Assembly: GCA_004764695.1 (NCBI GenBank)
Contig: SMSO01000036.1
Location: 434,001-498,000 of the forward strand
Length of the DNA stretch: 64,000 bases
Source: Schizochytrium sp. TIO01
Lineage: Eukaryota; Protista; Bigyra: Labyrinthulomycetes
Direction: 5' to 3'
The translations under genes and the position numbers were made by a program. Positions 12,811 through 23,588 of the stretch are shown one piece after another. Under the pieces are notes generated by a model. That model made no database searches. It worked only from the letters and a program-made list of their open reading frames with translations, and was not told the origin of the DNA. Within the stretch, counting starts at the first letter, position 1, and every line of letters begins with the position of its first letter.

Positions 12811-14770
12811 TCGCGAGGCGAAGGACAGCACGGCCGAGCAGGCGGAGAAGACCGAAGCTGGCTCGAGAGAGAGAAGCAGATGGGGTCTGACGCCAGATCG
12901 GCGGCCCCGAGGTTGACCAGGACAGCGACGAGGACAGCGAGAACACAACAACGCTGGGCTCCTTCCTTCCAGGCAGGCTGGAGAGCGAGCGAAGGAAGCC
13001 TCCCGGGCGACTCTAGGTGTCCCACGATGCGTCGCAGCGGAGGTGGCGGGCTGTGCAGCGTGGGCGAGATCACCCGTATGGGCTGGTGAACACGGCCCCG
13101 AGGGATGAGCAAGCTCCCGTGGGATGCGATGGTGGCGGAAGAGACAGCCCTGACTGAAGTCTGGACAGACAGAGCCTGCGAAGAAGCAAGCAAGCGCATG
13201 GCTAAAGCTCAAGACGAGCTTGCTGGGAGCCGTGCTAGTGGTGTGGGAGAAGATCCTTGGCCGCAGACAACCCCAGCAGCTTGAACTTGAGCGTCTTAGT
13301 GGGCTGGCTGGAATCAATTCCTGACCCCTTTCCGCGCAATGGGAAGGAGAAGAAATAGAATTGAGACCAGCATAATGTGCAGGCTGGGCAGCGTTACTGC
13401 ACGATCTTTAACGAGGAGAAGACAACGAATATAGGGAGAAGAGGATGTTTGCAAAACTCAAGCTCGAGCTCAAGTTCAAGAACAATAGTTACCTTTTGAT
13501 CCCCGAGGATGCAACAAGGTTGCACCAAAGTCGACAAAGCGCAAGGAAACACTTGCCAAGGCAGAATGGCTACGTGGTGCGCTTTATAACATACAAGGCC
13601 GTAGTACGTACATGCATACGTAAATACGTACGTACGCACGCCTTAAACTTTCAGAGAGCCTAATTCACGGCAAGCAAAGGGCTTCATCAATGGCGAGGCA
13701 CACTGGTTTATAGAAGATGAATAGGGGCCCAATAAGTACTACTATCTTCCGATTCCAAAGAGCGCAATGATAGCTAACCTGAACGGCATTCGAAAGTACC
13801 TGTTGGGAGTGCGCTTGAGCCCAGTGCAGCTTACAGCCTACAGTTCGCCGTTTGCGTCATGCAAGGAAATCTGTATCGCTCATGACAAACTCTTCTCTGA
13901 CTAGTAGTAGTACCTACCTGTATAGTAGCTAGGTCGTCTCGAAGTTGTAGATCGACAGGAGCGCCTCTGGCAAGGGCGAACTTGACAAGCTTCGCAACGT
14001 AGATAGACTCCTGTTACTGGTTACCTGCCTTCGAAAACTGACTGTTCAGGGGAGACTCAGTGCTATTTTGGCGGCTAGGTGAATCCAAGCACGGAAGCAA
14101 TGCTCGCCATGAAACATACATAATCTTGGCCTCGTGTGCAATTTGCCGCATCATGAAAAGAAAACAAATTGTAAATAACACCAATAAAACAAAACTATCA
14201 TTTTTTAATATTAAATAAAAGTTTTTAATATAACTTTTTTAAAATAAATAAGAAAAAAGAACGAAAGAATTGTTTTTAACTTTAATCATTCTTAATTTAT
14301 TTTTTCAAAGGCTTCGGAGTTCTCCAAAGTACTAAGTACATCCAAATGATGGTCCAAAGTCCTCGACAACTTCGCCCAGTTCCTGGCCACGGGTGAATAC
14401 TCGGCAACAGCCTCAAGTTGCGTTACTAGGTCTCCGCGTACAACGCCTCAAGAGTCTGTCTTGACCCAGCGAAGCGCAACCGCGCAGCATCAGCGTCGAT
14501 GCGGTTGTAGCACGTAGCACCAAACCGGGAATTCTTGCGTTTACGTGGAGAACTATAAACGCAGGTAGAGGTACCTCTAAAGATACTTCCTTTGAAGAAA
14601 GGCTACGACGACGCCTGACAGCAAAACGATTCTCGCTGACACCGACCAGCCAGCACATTGGGAAAGAAAACGCCTTGGTGGTAGGTGCCGCACCTGCCTC
14701 TCAATAGGCCCTTCTGAGAGGGCTCTCGCTTCACGAAGAACTTGCATTCGAAGATCGTTGTACTCCCACA

Positions 14771-15760
14771 ATGGACCGCGACGCTGCTGGGAAACCATAT
14801 TGCTTGAGACGAGGGCTGCTCGTGCTCACCTTGAACCTCTGGTACGAAAACTCGCGCAGTGGACCTGGGAAATCAAGCGAGGAGGCCGGAGTTGGGGGGT
14901 GGACCGAGCGGTGCCGCTCACTCCAATTGTGGCTCAAGCTGCTCCAACCAGATATCGTATGTCTACAAGAAGTACTTCAGGGCAATGGCCATGATATGCT
15001 CGCCGATATTTTTGGTCAGGGAGACGACGAAAGTTCTGGCAAAGTGAATCAAGCACCTGAATTCCCATATCGATTCTATGCTCGTGCGTCCTCGTGGTGG
15101 CTAGATCCCCAAGTTGATTTTGGAAATGCAATTGTTTCGCGATTTCCACTCACGCGAACAAAGGCGCTAGAATTGCCCGTTCAGCTGACACCTAAATCAA
15201 TTTTCTATGAAACACGAGGCGCAGCTTTGGCGCACGTGGAAACTCCCCATGGCTCAGTTATTGTATCATCTTTACACCTGAATCACCAACTCCACCATAC
15301 TGCAATTCGCCTGGCGCAGACCAGGCATGTGGTCAAGGCAATGCGCGACTTCGCTAAGGAAACGAACGAGGGGAAAGTATTGACAAAAGTCATCTGCGGT
15401 GACTTCAACGCAAAGCCAGACGAGGCTTGTATTCGCTTCATTCGAGGCGCAAACCCTATTGCAGAGCCTGAGAATGAAGACGTTTTTTACCAAGATGCAT
15501 GGGCATTCTGCCACGGTGACCAAGCTCCTGGCTATACATGGTCCTCGAAAAACCCAGGCACGCATGTTGACCTCGAAGAGAATAAACGCTTGGACTATGT
15601 ATTTGTTTCTCCTCCCCATCGGGACGGTCGAGGCCTTGTAGAGGATTGCCGGATTGTTTGTGATCATCCATTTGCAGGAGACTTTCCTTCGGATCATTTT
15701 GGCGTTCTAACTGAGATTCGCATCCATTCCTCAATCGATACACCCCGTGGAAAGCTGTAG
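14771..15760 (+). CDS. Endonuclease/exonuclease/phosphatase (EEP) family hydrolase
   Basis: VLTLNLW, PDIVCLQEV, GNAIVSRFP, SLHL, ICGDFNA, YTW, RLDYVF and PSDHFGV form the full EEP motif set. Confidence 0.92.
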   Translation: MDRDAAGKPYCLRRGLLVLTLNLWYENSRSGPGKSSEEAGVGGWTERCRSLQLWLKLLQPDIVCLQEVLQGNGHDMLADIFGQGDDESSGKVNQAPEFPYRFYARASSWWLDPQVDFGNAIVSRFPLTRTKALELPVQLTPKSIFYETRGAALAHVETPHGSVIVSSLHLNHQLHHTAIRLAQTRHVVKAMRDFAKETNEGKVLTKVICGDFNAKPDEACIRFIRGANPIAEPENEDVFYQDAWAFCHGDQAPGYTWSSKNPGTHVDLEENKRLDYVFVSPPHRDGRGLVEDCRIVCDHPFAGDFPSDHFGVLTEIRIHSSIDTPRGKL

Positions 15761-16280
15761 TAGCTGTGTCACTACAGTTCCTGTATAATTTTTATCTCTG
15801 AAGATTCGTGAGCCAGCTCTCTCTGGTATTTAATCTTCTTTTTCATTGGCGCATATGTATTGTGTTTTCGACCCACCGCCAAGAGTTTTCATTGTAAGAT
15901 TTTGTTGTGTATGGTTTCTTTTTTTAATTTTCAAGAGCGTATTTGCTATGTTAGTTCACCCTACTCATTGCCTGTGGTGTACGATTGTAGAGTTTGAAGA
16001 TCAATTTATTTCGAATATTTGAAGACTACAATACCCTCGCATCACTGAATTGAGGAATGATACTTTACCTTTCACACCGCTAATTGTGAACCTTTAGTCA
16101 CGGTTTGTATCTACATCCTTGTCCTTGCCGTCTTAGCGGATTACTTCGCATCTTACTCACCATGCATATAGATGCCTCACATTAGTTACTATGTGGTCTA
16201 GCTCTAGCTAGAGTACCAAGGCAGCATAAAATGTGGAAGAAAAAATTGAAGCTGGCAAACAAACCTTCTTCTTCCTCACA

Positions 16281-17843
16281 ATGGCCAAGAAGGATAGCAA
16301 CAGCAACAAAGCCGGTGCCTTGCAGCGCAAAAGGCAGGGTGTACCTGCTATTACAAGTTTCTTTCAGAAGCGAAAAGATCCAAGTGCCACAGTGACACCT
16401 TCTACAGCAACATCTGCTGACGAGAGTGTTGTGGACTTGACCACATCGATCTCCACAACAACCTCCTCGCACTCGACTTCTGACCGATCAACAACTGGAA
16501 CCTTGACGAACTTGCCCCAAAAACCTCCCAGCGACAACTCCACAAAGTTGTCTACGCAAGCATGCGCGCACGTGGAACCAGTTGCTAAGAAACTACGGCT
16601 TGAGGCTGCACCAGACGCTGATAGCCCTGGTGAAGCATGCAAGAGACCACTTTCCAACTCCAATGATCCTGGAGTTGACCACAAAGAAGATGCAAATCAA
16701 GCTACTTCCCAAACCTTTATAGCAAAGGAAGACCTAAAACCAACACTGGACAAGACTAATGCGAAAGCGCCAAGCAAAGTTGCACATAGTTTCTTTAAGC
16801 CTCGAGCAAAACAAACTTCAGTGGTATGCTCAGCAGAAAACGCACTGGATCCTAAAATTATTGTTGCCTGGAATGTAAACGGCCTTGTAAACAGGCTAAA
16901 GTTCTATGACAAGGCCATTCAAGAATTTCTAGAACGCGAACAACCTGATGTCGTCTTCATTTCTGAGACTAAGATGCGAGCTTCTTCGAATCAAAAGCGT
17001 AACGAACTCTGCTCGCGTGACAAGCGTAGCATTGACGAAGCCACCGTCCTTCGTCAGGCACTCGCCTCAGGGTGTTTGAAAACCCACCCAATTATGAAGC
17101 TATCTCTTGCAGATAGGAGATATGCTGGCACGGCAGTTCTCCTTCGAAAGAATGGTCCTCGTCCGGTCCGTATCTGGTATGGTTTGCCTGACCCAGAAAC
17201 TATGGAAAAGGTCCCGCACAACGAGGAGGGTAGGATTATTCTACTTGAGTGGAAATCAATCATGACACTTCATACATATACGCCCAACAACGGCTGGACA
17301 ATTGATTCTTTTGCAAGAAGGCGCGAATGGGATGCAACGCTAACATCCTGGCTTAGAAACATGGCGAGGCAGGCCGACCGCAAACCTGTTATATACATGG
17401 GAGACCTTAATGCCGCTCCGGAAGATCGCGATGTATCGGATCCAGAGTGGTTTAATGCGCAAGGCGATCCGCCTGAAAGTGGTGAGGCTGACGACGTTGG
17501 TCAGCCTGGTTGCACAAACAACGAGCAAAAGCGTTTCAAGACAATGTTACAAGCAGGAGATCTTATTGATATGTATCGACATCTTGAAAGTACTTTGAAA
17601 ATTCAGCGAAGCACTGATATTGAGGCGCCTATTTATACATGGAGGGGGCACCCAGGTGTTGAGCGGCCTGAAGCTGGTCGCTTCTATAAGAAGGGAATGC
17701 GCATTGATCACCATTTGGTAGCACGCAAGCTTTTGCCTAGAGTGAAAAGGGCGGAAATATGTGGTCAAGGAGTTAGTGCTCAAGACCCGTCCTTTCTGGG
17801 CTCTGACCACTGTCCAATTCTTCTGCATATTGACAACGCCTAA
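16281..17843 (+). CDS. AP endonuclease / exodeoxyribonuclease III (APE/Xth family) with disordered N-terminus
   Basis: IVAWNVNGL, PDVVFISETK, YAGTAVL, EEGRII, YTPN, YMGDLNAAP, YTW, GMRIDH and GSDHCPI motifs. First ATG is at 16281. Confidence 0.93.
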   Translation: MAKKDSNSNKAGALQRKRQGVPAITSFFQKRKDPSATVTPSTATSADESVVDLTTSISTTTSSHSTSDRSTTGTLTNLPQKPPSDNSTKLSTQACAHVEPVAKKLRLEAAPDADSPGEACKRPLSNSNDPGVDHKEDANQATSQTFIAKEDLKPTLDKTNAKAPSKVAHSFFKPRAKQTSVVCSAENALDPKIIVAWNVNGLVNRLKFYDKAIQEFLEREQPDVVFISETKMRASSNQKRNELCSRDKRSIDEATVLRQALASGCLKTHPIMKLSLADRRYAGTAVLLRKNGPRPVRIWYGLPDPETMEKVPHNEEGRIILLEWKSIMTLHTYTPNNGWTIDSFARRREWDATLTSWLRNMARQADRKPVIYMGDLNAAPEDRDVSDPEWFNAQGDPPESGEADDVGQPGCTNNEQKRFKTMLQAGDLIDMYRHLESTLKIQRSTDIEAPIYTWRGHPGVERPEAGRFYKKGMRIDHHLVARKLLPRVKRAEICGQGVSAQDPSFLGSDHCPILLHIDNA

Positions 17844-18035
17844 GCTTGCAATTTGGTTTTGGTTTTGTTTTCCTGTTCCTAGTAAAGGCGAAATATCTGT
17901 ATCCACATAACAAAGATAGCCTACATTTCGATATGAGAATGATGATCATGACGACCTGGCAATGGTTTGTAATATTATTTAGACTAGACTTAATGAAAAT
18001 CAGGACATGGAAGCTTCTTTTTTCTTACCTTTTCC

Positions 18036-20174
18036 TTACATCTGATTCGAGTTCCGTATAACATTACATTTTGATCTGGCAAAGTACAATTCAAAGGCTG
18101 TCTGAGACGGAACCCGTAGTGCTTGCTCGGACTTGGAAGCATCTTCCTGATGCAAAGAACCACCTTGCTCGGCTTGCAAGACCATCCGATAGGCGCGGAG
18201 CCCATTCATATCTGGGAATTGACGCAAGACAGCCTCATGGACTGTGTCACTCGTATCTTCACTATTACTGAAAAGTACAGAGTGGGATTTGTTACAATGA
18301 TGTAATACAAAGTGCCGCACGAAGGCTGCAGCTTCCTTGGTATTCTCGGCAATGCGTAGCATAGCCGATATACCATGATTGACGCGACACAGCGCACAAA
18401 GTAGGATAACAAGCTCATCGGGCGGTGGTGCAGGCAGGACAAGCAAAATAATAAAGCGGCGAAAACGAGCCTGCCCTCGCGATACGATCCAGCGCACTAC
18501 TGTCTGGGTCCATTCTGCAGTTGGGTTTTGAGACAGAAGCAAAGCTGTCTCTTCATCGAGAATAAGTGACACCATTTCCAAAGGTCGCTCCAGAACAGAA
18601 ATTCGAAACTGCATCAGCTCTGTGCAGGTGGTTCGCAGCACATCATCTTCGCAAAGTTGTGCTTCGTTGACAAGCAGGATAGTTTGGTTGTGGGGTATCG
18701 CCAACTTTAGCATCCTGGTGTATATTCTTCCCGTGCTTTCATGGAAATTTTCTTCAGCCTTTTGAGCCAATAGGGTTTCGACTTCCCTTATCCCACTACC
18801 TCGATGCAGCATGAGACCACAACGTGCTGCCACATTGGCTACTGCTAGTTGATTATCTTCACGGGCCTCTATTGCAAGCTTTTCAAATTGCTCTGCCAGC
18901 GATCCCGCGCTCGCGTTTTGCAGACTCACAAGCGCTTTAGCAAAGGTCGTAAATTTTGACATCAGATGACTTTTCAAGTCAAAATTCGTAGCAGGAGGCT
19001 CACTTTCCAAGATTTTAATGTCAGAGAGCCCTGCCCTGCTAGTTTTCTCCTTGTCAGGACCAAATCTATTGCCGAACTGCGGAGTCATTGTTTTACCCCA
19101 CCCTGTATCGCCGGGTCCCTCTTTCATCTTCCCAAGCCATTCCAGAGGGTATTTCTTTCTCATCTCAGTTCCCTTGGCTCCATTCTCCCCGCAAGGTCCC
19201 AGCTTTTCCACGTCAGCAACAGCATGTTTCCCTGTCCAAAACCTAATCCCATCATAGGTTCCGTTTCCAAAGCCTTCAACGATTTCGACTTGGCCATTGT
19301 TTTCATTTTCCACATGCCTTCTTCTAAATTCATCTGCTCTACTAAATTGTGAAGCGTCTTTAAAAGTGTCTTCAATGTTAATGTTCAAAAGGCCTGCAAC
19401 AGTCCCTTTTGCCTCTTTGACAAGTTCTCGCCACGCTGCTTCCGCAATAGTCTCGGGAGAGATTGCTTGGGCAAGAAGGAACATCTGTGCCTTCGCGAAG
19501 CGCCTTGCTGCAACTGCTGCTGTCGGTGCAGGCTTCATTCGAGCGAGCCTTGGTGTGAAGTCCGCGGTAGCCAATTGGGAAACAGCCATGGCCGTAGAGA
19601 TACAGCAATTTAACGTCTCAAATTCTACAAATGGCAGTGGAAGGATGCCATCAGAATCAAAGTTGAGGCCAGACACAGCGTCTAGCCCATAGGTTTCTTT
19701 ATTAGAGTCGAAGTTTGGGATGTAGATGAATTCCAGAGTTGGAAAGCTTGTGAAATGTGAACGCTCTGAACACGTTGCCATTCTCAGCATTTCGGAGCGA
19801 CAGCACGCAAGGTGAGCAAGAATCTCACCGTCCGGCGGCGCGAAGAGTGTTGGATCCCCTTTGCGTGGATCTGCACAGCTTGCAAGACCTCTTGCACGAC
19901 GCAGTGCCACCAAAGTCTCGGACATTATCAGATGGAGTTCTGACAACAACGTTCGAATCCCTCGACTTGCAATTGCGTTGCAATGTACTAAAATTCCTTT
20001 CGATAGTTCAAGGCCACGCGCACAGTTATCGTCAGCCACAATTCCTTCGTTCGCTGAGCTCTTCAAGCACCCTGTCCTCCTGCCCCCGCAATGCTCGAGT
20101 AATGCTCGCAATGGTCCTTCCAGTAAGCGAACTGCCTTTGGTCTCTTGACGCTACATAGATTTTGAATTTTCAA
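18036..20174 (-). CDS. SHOC1/Zip2-like protein (C-terminal XPF/ERCC4-like + helix-hairpin-helix region); 5' end uncertain
   Basis: C-terminal ISVLERPL...LILDEETALLL...RFRRFIILL...HEAVLRQFPDMNGLRAYRMVL resembles the SHOC1 C-terminus as I recall it. There is no ATG at the ORF start, and open frames at 20152-20778 suggest upstream exons or a frameshift. Confidence 0.55.
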   Translation of the reverse strand: MKIQNLCSVKRPKAVRLLEGPLRALLEHCGGRRTGCLKSSANEGIVADDNCARGLELSKGILVHCNAIASRGIRTLLSELHLIMSETLVALRRARGLASCADPRKGDPTLFAPPDGEILAHLACCRSEMLRMATCSERSHFTSFPTLEFIYIPNFDSNKETYGLDAVSGLNFDSDGILPLPFVEFETLNCCISTAMAVSQLATADFTPRLARMKPAPTAAVAARRFAKAQMFLLAQAISPETIAEAAWRELVKEAKGTVAGLLNINIEDTFKDASQFSRADEFRRRHVENENNGQVEIVEGFGNGTYDGIRFWTGKHAVADVEKLGPCGENGAKGTEMRKKYPLEWLGKMKEGPGDTGWGKTMTPQFGNRFGPDKEKTSRAGLSDIKILESEPPATNFDLKSHLMSKFTTFAKALVSLQNASAGSLAEQFEKLAIEAREDNQLAVANVAARCGLMLHRGSGIREVETLLAQKAEENFHESTGRIYTRMLKLAIPHNQTILLVNEAQLCEDDVLRTTCTELMQFRISVLERPLEMVSLILDEETALLLSQNPTAEWTQTVVRWIVSRGQARFRRFIILLVLPAPPPDELVILLCALCRVNHGISAMLRIAENTKEAAAFVRHFVLHHCNKSHSVLFSNSEDTSDTVHEAVLRQFPDMNGLRAYRMVLQAEQGGSLHQEDASKSEQALRVPSQTAFELYFARSKCNVIRNSNQM

Positions 20175-21340
20175 ATCTCACCTCCGGATCTTCTTCGCCA
20201 TGGGAACCGTGGAGACCGATGACAGTGGGGGGCGTTGCAGACCAAGGATATCCAGAGGACTGCATGTCGCGCAGCAGGGCCTGCGCATGCCCATGCCAAA
20301 TTGATCTGTCCCGCGTTGCTTCGTTTCCAGTAGCCTCAGATTTGAATCTCTCGCCTTCGTTGCAGTACACACCATATACGCGCTGCGGGGACCATCAGGT
20401 TTTCAAGTACTCGCGTATGTCACCTAAAAACTAGGGCAACTTGAGGCAAAGGAATGCTCTGCGAGTGTTCCGCAACCGCCTCGCAAACGGTCGTGATAGG
20501 CGCGTTTGGGCCTCTTTCATGATATATTTGTGGCACTTGAAGATCGTGCTCTGACCTGTCTCTGCCTCGTTTGTACAACTTTCTAGAGCGACTCTGATGC
20601 TCGCGATGGGATATTGTGATTCCGCGGTGATTTGCGATTGAAATGCTGCTACCTCCGAGAGACCACTCTTGCACATCAGTCCTGTATTAATTTTATCAGT
20701 TTTTAACATTGAGCGTACGGTACAAGACTCGGCTCCACACATTGATTGGGCCTGAGGCGCCCTCGCCTTTGGCCGCACTACTAATGTTTACGATATTAGG
20801 TCCTAGTGCGCCATTGGACAGAAAAGAAAAGAAGACGAAGCAAATTGAAAGAAGGAAAATGCAAATGGGAATGATTTCGAGTGAAGTTCTGAAGACCGAT
20901 TGGAGTTCGTTCTTGGTAACTAAGCTTTCCTTTCGCGCTACGTACTTTCTTTGTGCTCGATAATAAAGTGGAGAGCTTTCATAGGAGGGAGGCCTCAGGC
21001 AGCAGCTGTAAGTGCTGACTTGAACTATCCAGATCTTCTTGATAGTCTGTAAAACAGGAACATTGCACTATAGAACAAAATACGCGCCAAGTGAATTATA
21101 GCCTCTCCAAAGTGCAGTGTTTGAGCTAAAGGAATAGTAGAAACTTCAAAACACAAGACCAAGGCCAAAGGGAAAGTAAGGCAAACCAAGGCGAAAGCAA
21201 ACCTCATCAATTCGAAGCCAGAAGCCGCGAGGCACTCGCAGCTCGGACCGTAGCACACCTGGACCTCTTCTGCGCCACCAAGTGTTGTGCTTCCCCGCCT
21301 CGCCTAACCAGTTTCGCTTTAGGAGCCCTCATCAATCACT

Positions 21341-22960
21341 ATGGAGCTCGCAGCTGCTGCAGCTGTGGCAGCCGGCATGGCAGCTGCGACTGCTGCTACC
21401 GCCGTGGATGACCTCGAGGAGAACCCCGCGGTTGTCGATGAGCCCGAACCTTCCTACGTGGAGCACTCCTCATCTTCCTCTGAGCTTCCGGACGATGTTG
21501 ACGCTTTGAAGCAGATGATCCTCGACCTCCAAAAGTCTCAACAGAAGGACAACACCGTCGAGAACCCCGAAAAGTCTAAGAAGAGCAAGCAAAAGGGTGG
21601 AAAGTACCAGCCCAAGACTCCTTTGGGAATGAGGGATTACCACCCTGAAGAAATGGCCGTTCGTGAGCGCGTTTTTGGCGCTATCAAGGACGTGTTTAAA
21701 CGCCACGGTGCCGTCAGCATTGAGACTCCTGTCGCCGAGCTCAAGGAAACTCTGACCGGAAAGTACGGTGAAGACAGCAAACTCATCTACGATCTTGCCG
21801 ACCAGGGTGGTGAGATTCTCGCTCTCCGGTACGATCTTACTGTGCCCTTTGCACGCTACTGCGCAGAGCACGGTGTGGAAACCATCAAGAGGTACCACAT
21901 CGCGCGCGTGTACCGTCGTGACAACCCTGTCATGACCAAGGGAAGGTACCGTGAGTTCTACCAGTGCGATATTGATATCGCTGGCGAGTACGAACCTATG
22001 GTTGCTGACTCTGAGTGCGTCAAAATTGTCACTGACATCTTGGGCACGCTCGATGTTGGTGACTTCTTGGTCAAGATCAACCACCGTCAGTTGCTTGATG
22101 GTATCTTTGCAGTTTGCGGTGTTCCCGATGATCTCTTCAGACCGATTTGCTCTGCGGTTGACAAGCTTGACAAGACTGAATGGCCCGAAGTGAAGGAGGA
22201 AATGATCAAGAAGGGTATTTCTGGAGAAGTTGCGGACCGTATCTGGACTTACGCTCAGCAGAAGGGAGGCAAGGAGCTCGTGGAAAAGCTTCTTCAAGAT
22301 GAAGATCTCTGTGCCAACGAGTCTGCCAAGGCAGGTCTTGACGCCATGAATCTTCTCTTTGAATACTGCAAGTGCTATGGAGTTCCCGACAACCGCATCT
22401 CCTTTGATCTCAGCATGGCGCGTGGTCTTGACTACTACACTGGTGTCATCTACGAGGCTGTACTTGTTGGAGCTGAGGTGGGCTCTGTCGCTGGTGGTGG
22501 ACGCTATGATAACCTTGTGGGCATGTTTCTCGCCAAGAAGGGTAAGAAGGGCGGCAAGAAGATTCCCTGTGTCGGTGTTTCTCTTGGTATTGAGAGACTC
22601 TTCACTGTTGTGGCTAAGCGCATGGAGACTCAGGATGGAGTTGTTGCCAGCCGCCCCACACAGGTCCAGGTTGTTGGCATTTCTACCGCGGATGACAAGC
22701 AGGAGATTCTGCGCCAGCGCATGACTGTCTGCTCCGAGCTTTGGGAGGCCGGTATCAGCGCCGAGACCGCTTACAAGCTGAATGCCAAGTTCATGACGCA
22801 GGTTCAGCACTGCGAGAAGAACGCCATCCCCTACTGTGTTGTCATCGGTAAGACCGAGCTCGAGGAGGGTGTCGTGAAGATCCGCACTATCGCTTCTAAG
22901 GATGAGGAGACTGTGCCCCGTGAGTCCTACATTGCCCGTCTCAAGGAGCTCTTGCAATAG
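21341..22960 (+). CDS. HARS: Histidyl-tRNA synthetase (eukaryotic cytosolic type)
   Basis: [74 protein letters not shown] and the anticodon-binding domain. Strong codon bias. Confidence 0.98.
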   Translation: MELAAAAAVAAGMAAATAATAVDDLEENPAVVDEPEPSYVEHSSSSSELPDDVDALKQMILDLQKSQQKDNTVENPEKSKKSKQKGGKYQPKTPLGMRDYHPEEMAVRERVFGAIKDVFKRHGAVSIETPVAELKETLTGKYGEDSKLIYDLADQGGEILALRYDLTVPFARYCAEHGVETIKRYHIARVYRRDNPVMTKGRYREFYQCDIDIAGEYEPMVADSECVKIVTDILGTLDVGDFLVKINHRQLLDGIFAVCGVPDDLFRPICSAVDKLDKTEWPEVKEEMIKKGISGEVADRIWTYAQQKGGKELVEKLLQDEDLCANESAKAGLDAMNLLFEYCKCYGVPDNRISFDLSMARGLDYYTGVIYEAVLVGAEVGSVAGGGRYDNLVGMFLAKKGKKGGKKIPCVGVSLGIERLFTVVAKRMETQDGVVASRPTQVQVVGISTADDKQEILRQRMTVCSELWEAGISAETAYKLNAKFMTQVQHCEKNAIPYCVVIGKTELEEGVVKIRTIASKDEETVPRESYIARLKELLQ

Positions 22961-23588
22961 GCTATTTACTATAATATACTTTTCACCTCTCAAAATTGAT
23001 ATCTCTGCTTTCCCTACCTTTCAAAGTTCATCAGCAGTTGTACGTGCGTGGGATTGTGACAGTTATGAAAAGTTGGCATCTGCTATTTCTCCGTTTATTT
23101 GCTCGATCCCCTGCGCATGTGTAGTTCTGATTAGCTTTTCTTAATATCTTATTCCTTAGGATGTGTCTAAATCATGGGTGAGGATCTAAGCAACCATGAA
23201 GATTTGTATTGTGCTAACTAATCCTCCGGCAAGCGCATTTCTTCCGTGCTTTCTTGAAAGTGCTCACGAGTGATTTAGTCTTCGAGTTACGCAACGGGGT
23301 ATGAAAATGAACCATAGCATTTTTATTATAAAAGAAATCTTAACATTACACTTTAATTTTCTTGATAGGTTATTTTGTGTACTGGTTGCATGCAACAAGC
23401 TACACAGTACTCTAGATTATCATAATTTGTATTGTGAAAAAATAGTCGCTTGTCATAATTCAGAAGAAATAGTCAATTAATCTTACACCTCAACAGCTCG
23501 GTTTTCTTTATATTACACCGAGTAGAAATCATGCTTTTCTCCCGTTCTTCTTTTCTTTTTTGAATGGTTCGCGCATGTTCAAAACTCT

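Noticed and set aside
7224-13317. Many 60-300 aa ORFs (poly-L, KERK, ASQP repeats)
   Set aside because: They are generated by microsatellites and GC-rich sequence, overlap in several frames and show no domains.
21470-22993. 507-aa antisense ORF over HisRS
   Set aside because: Shadow ORF produced by the strong codon bias of the HisRS gene; no recognisable protein features.
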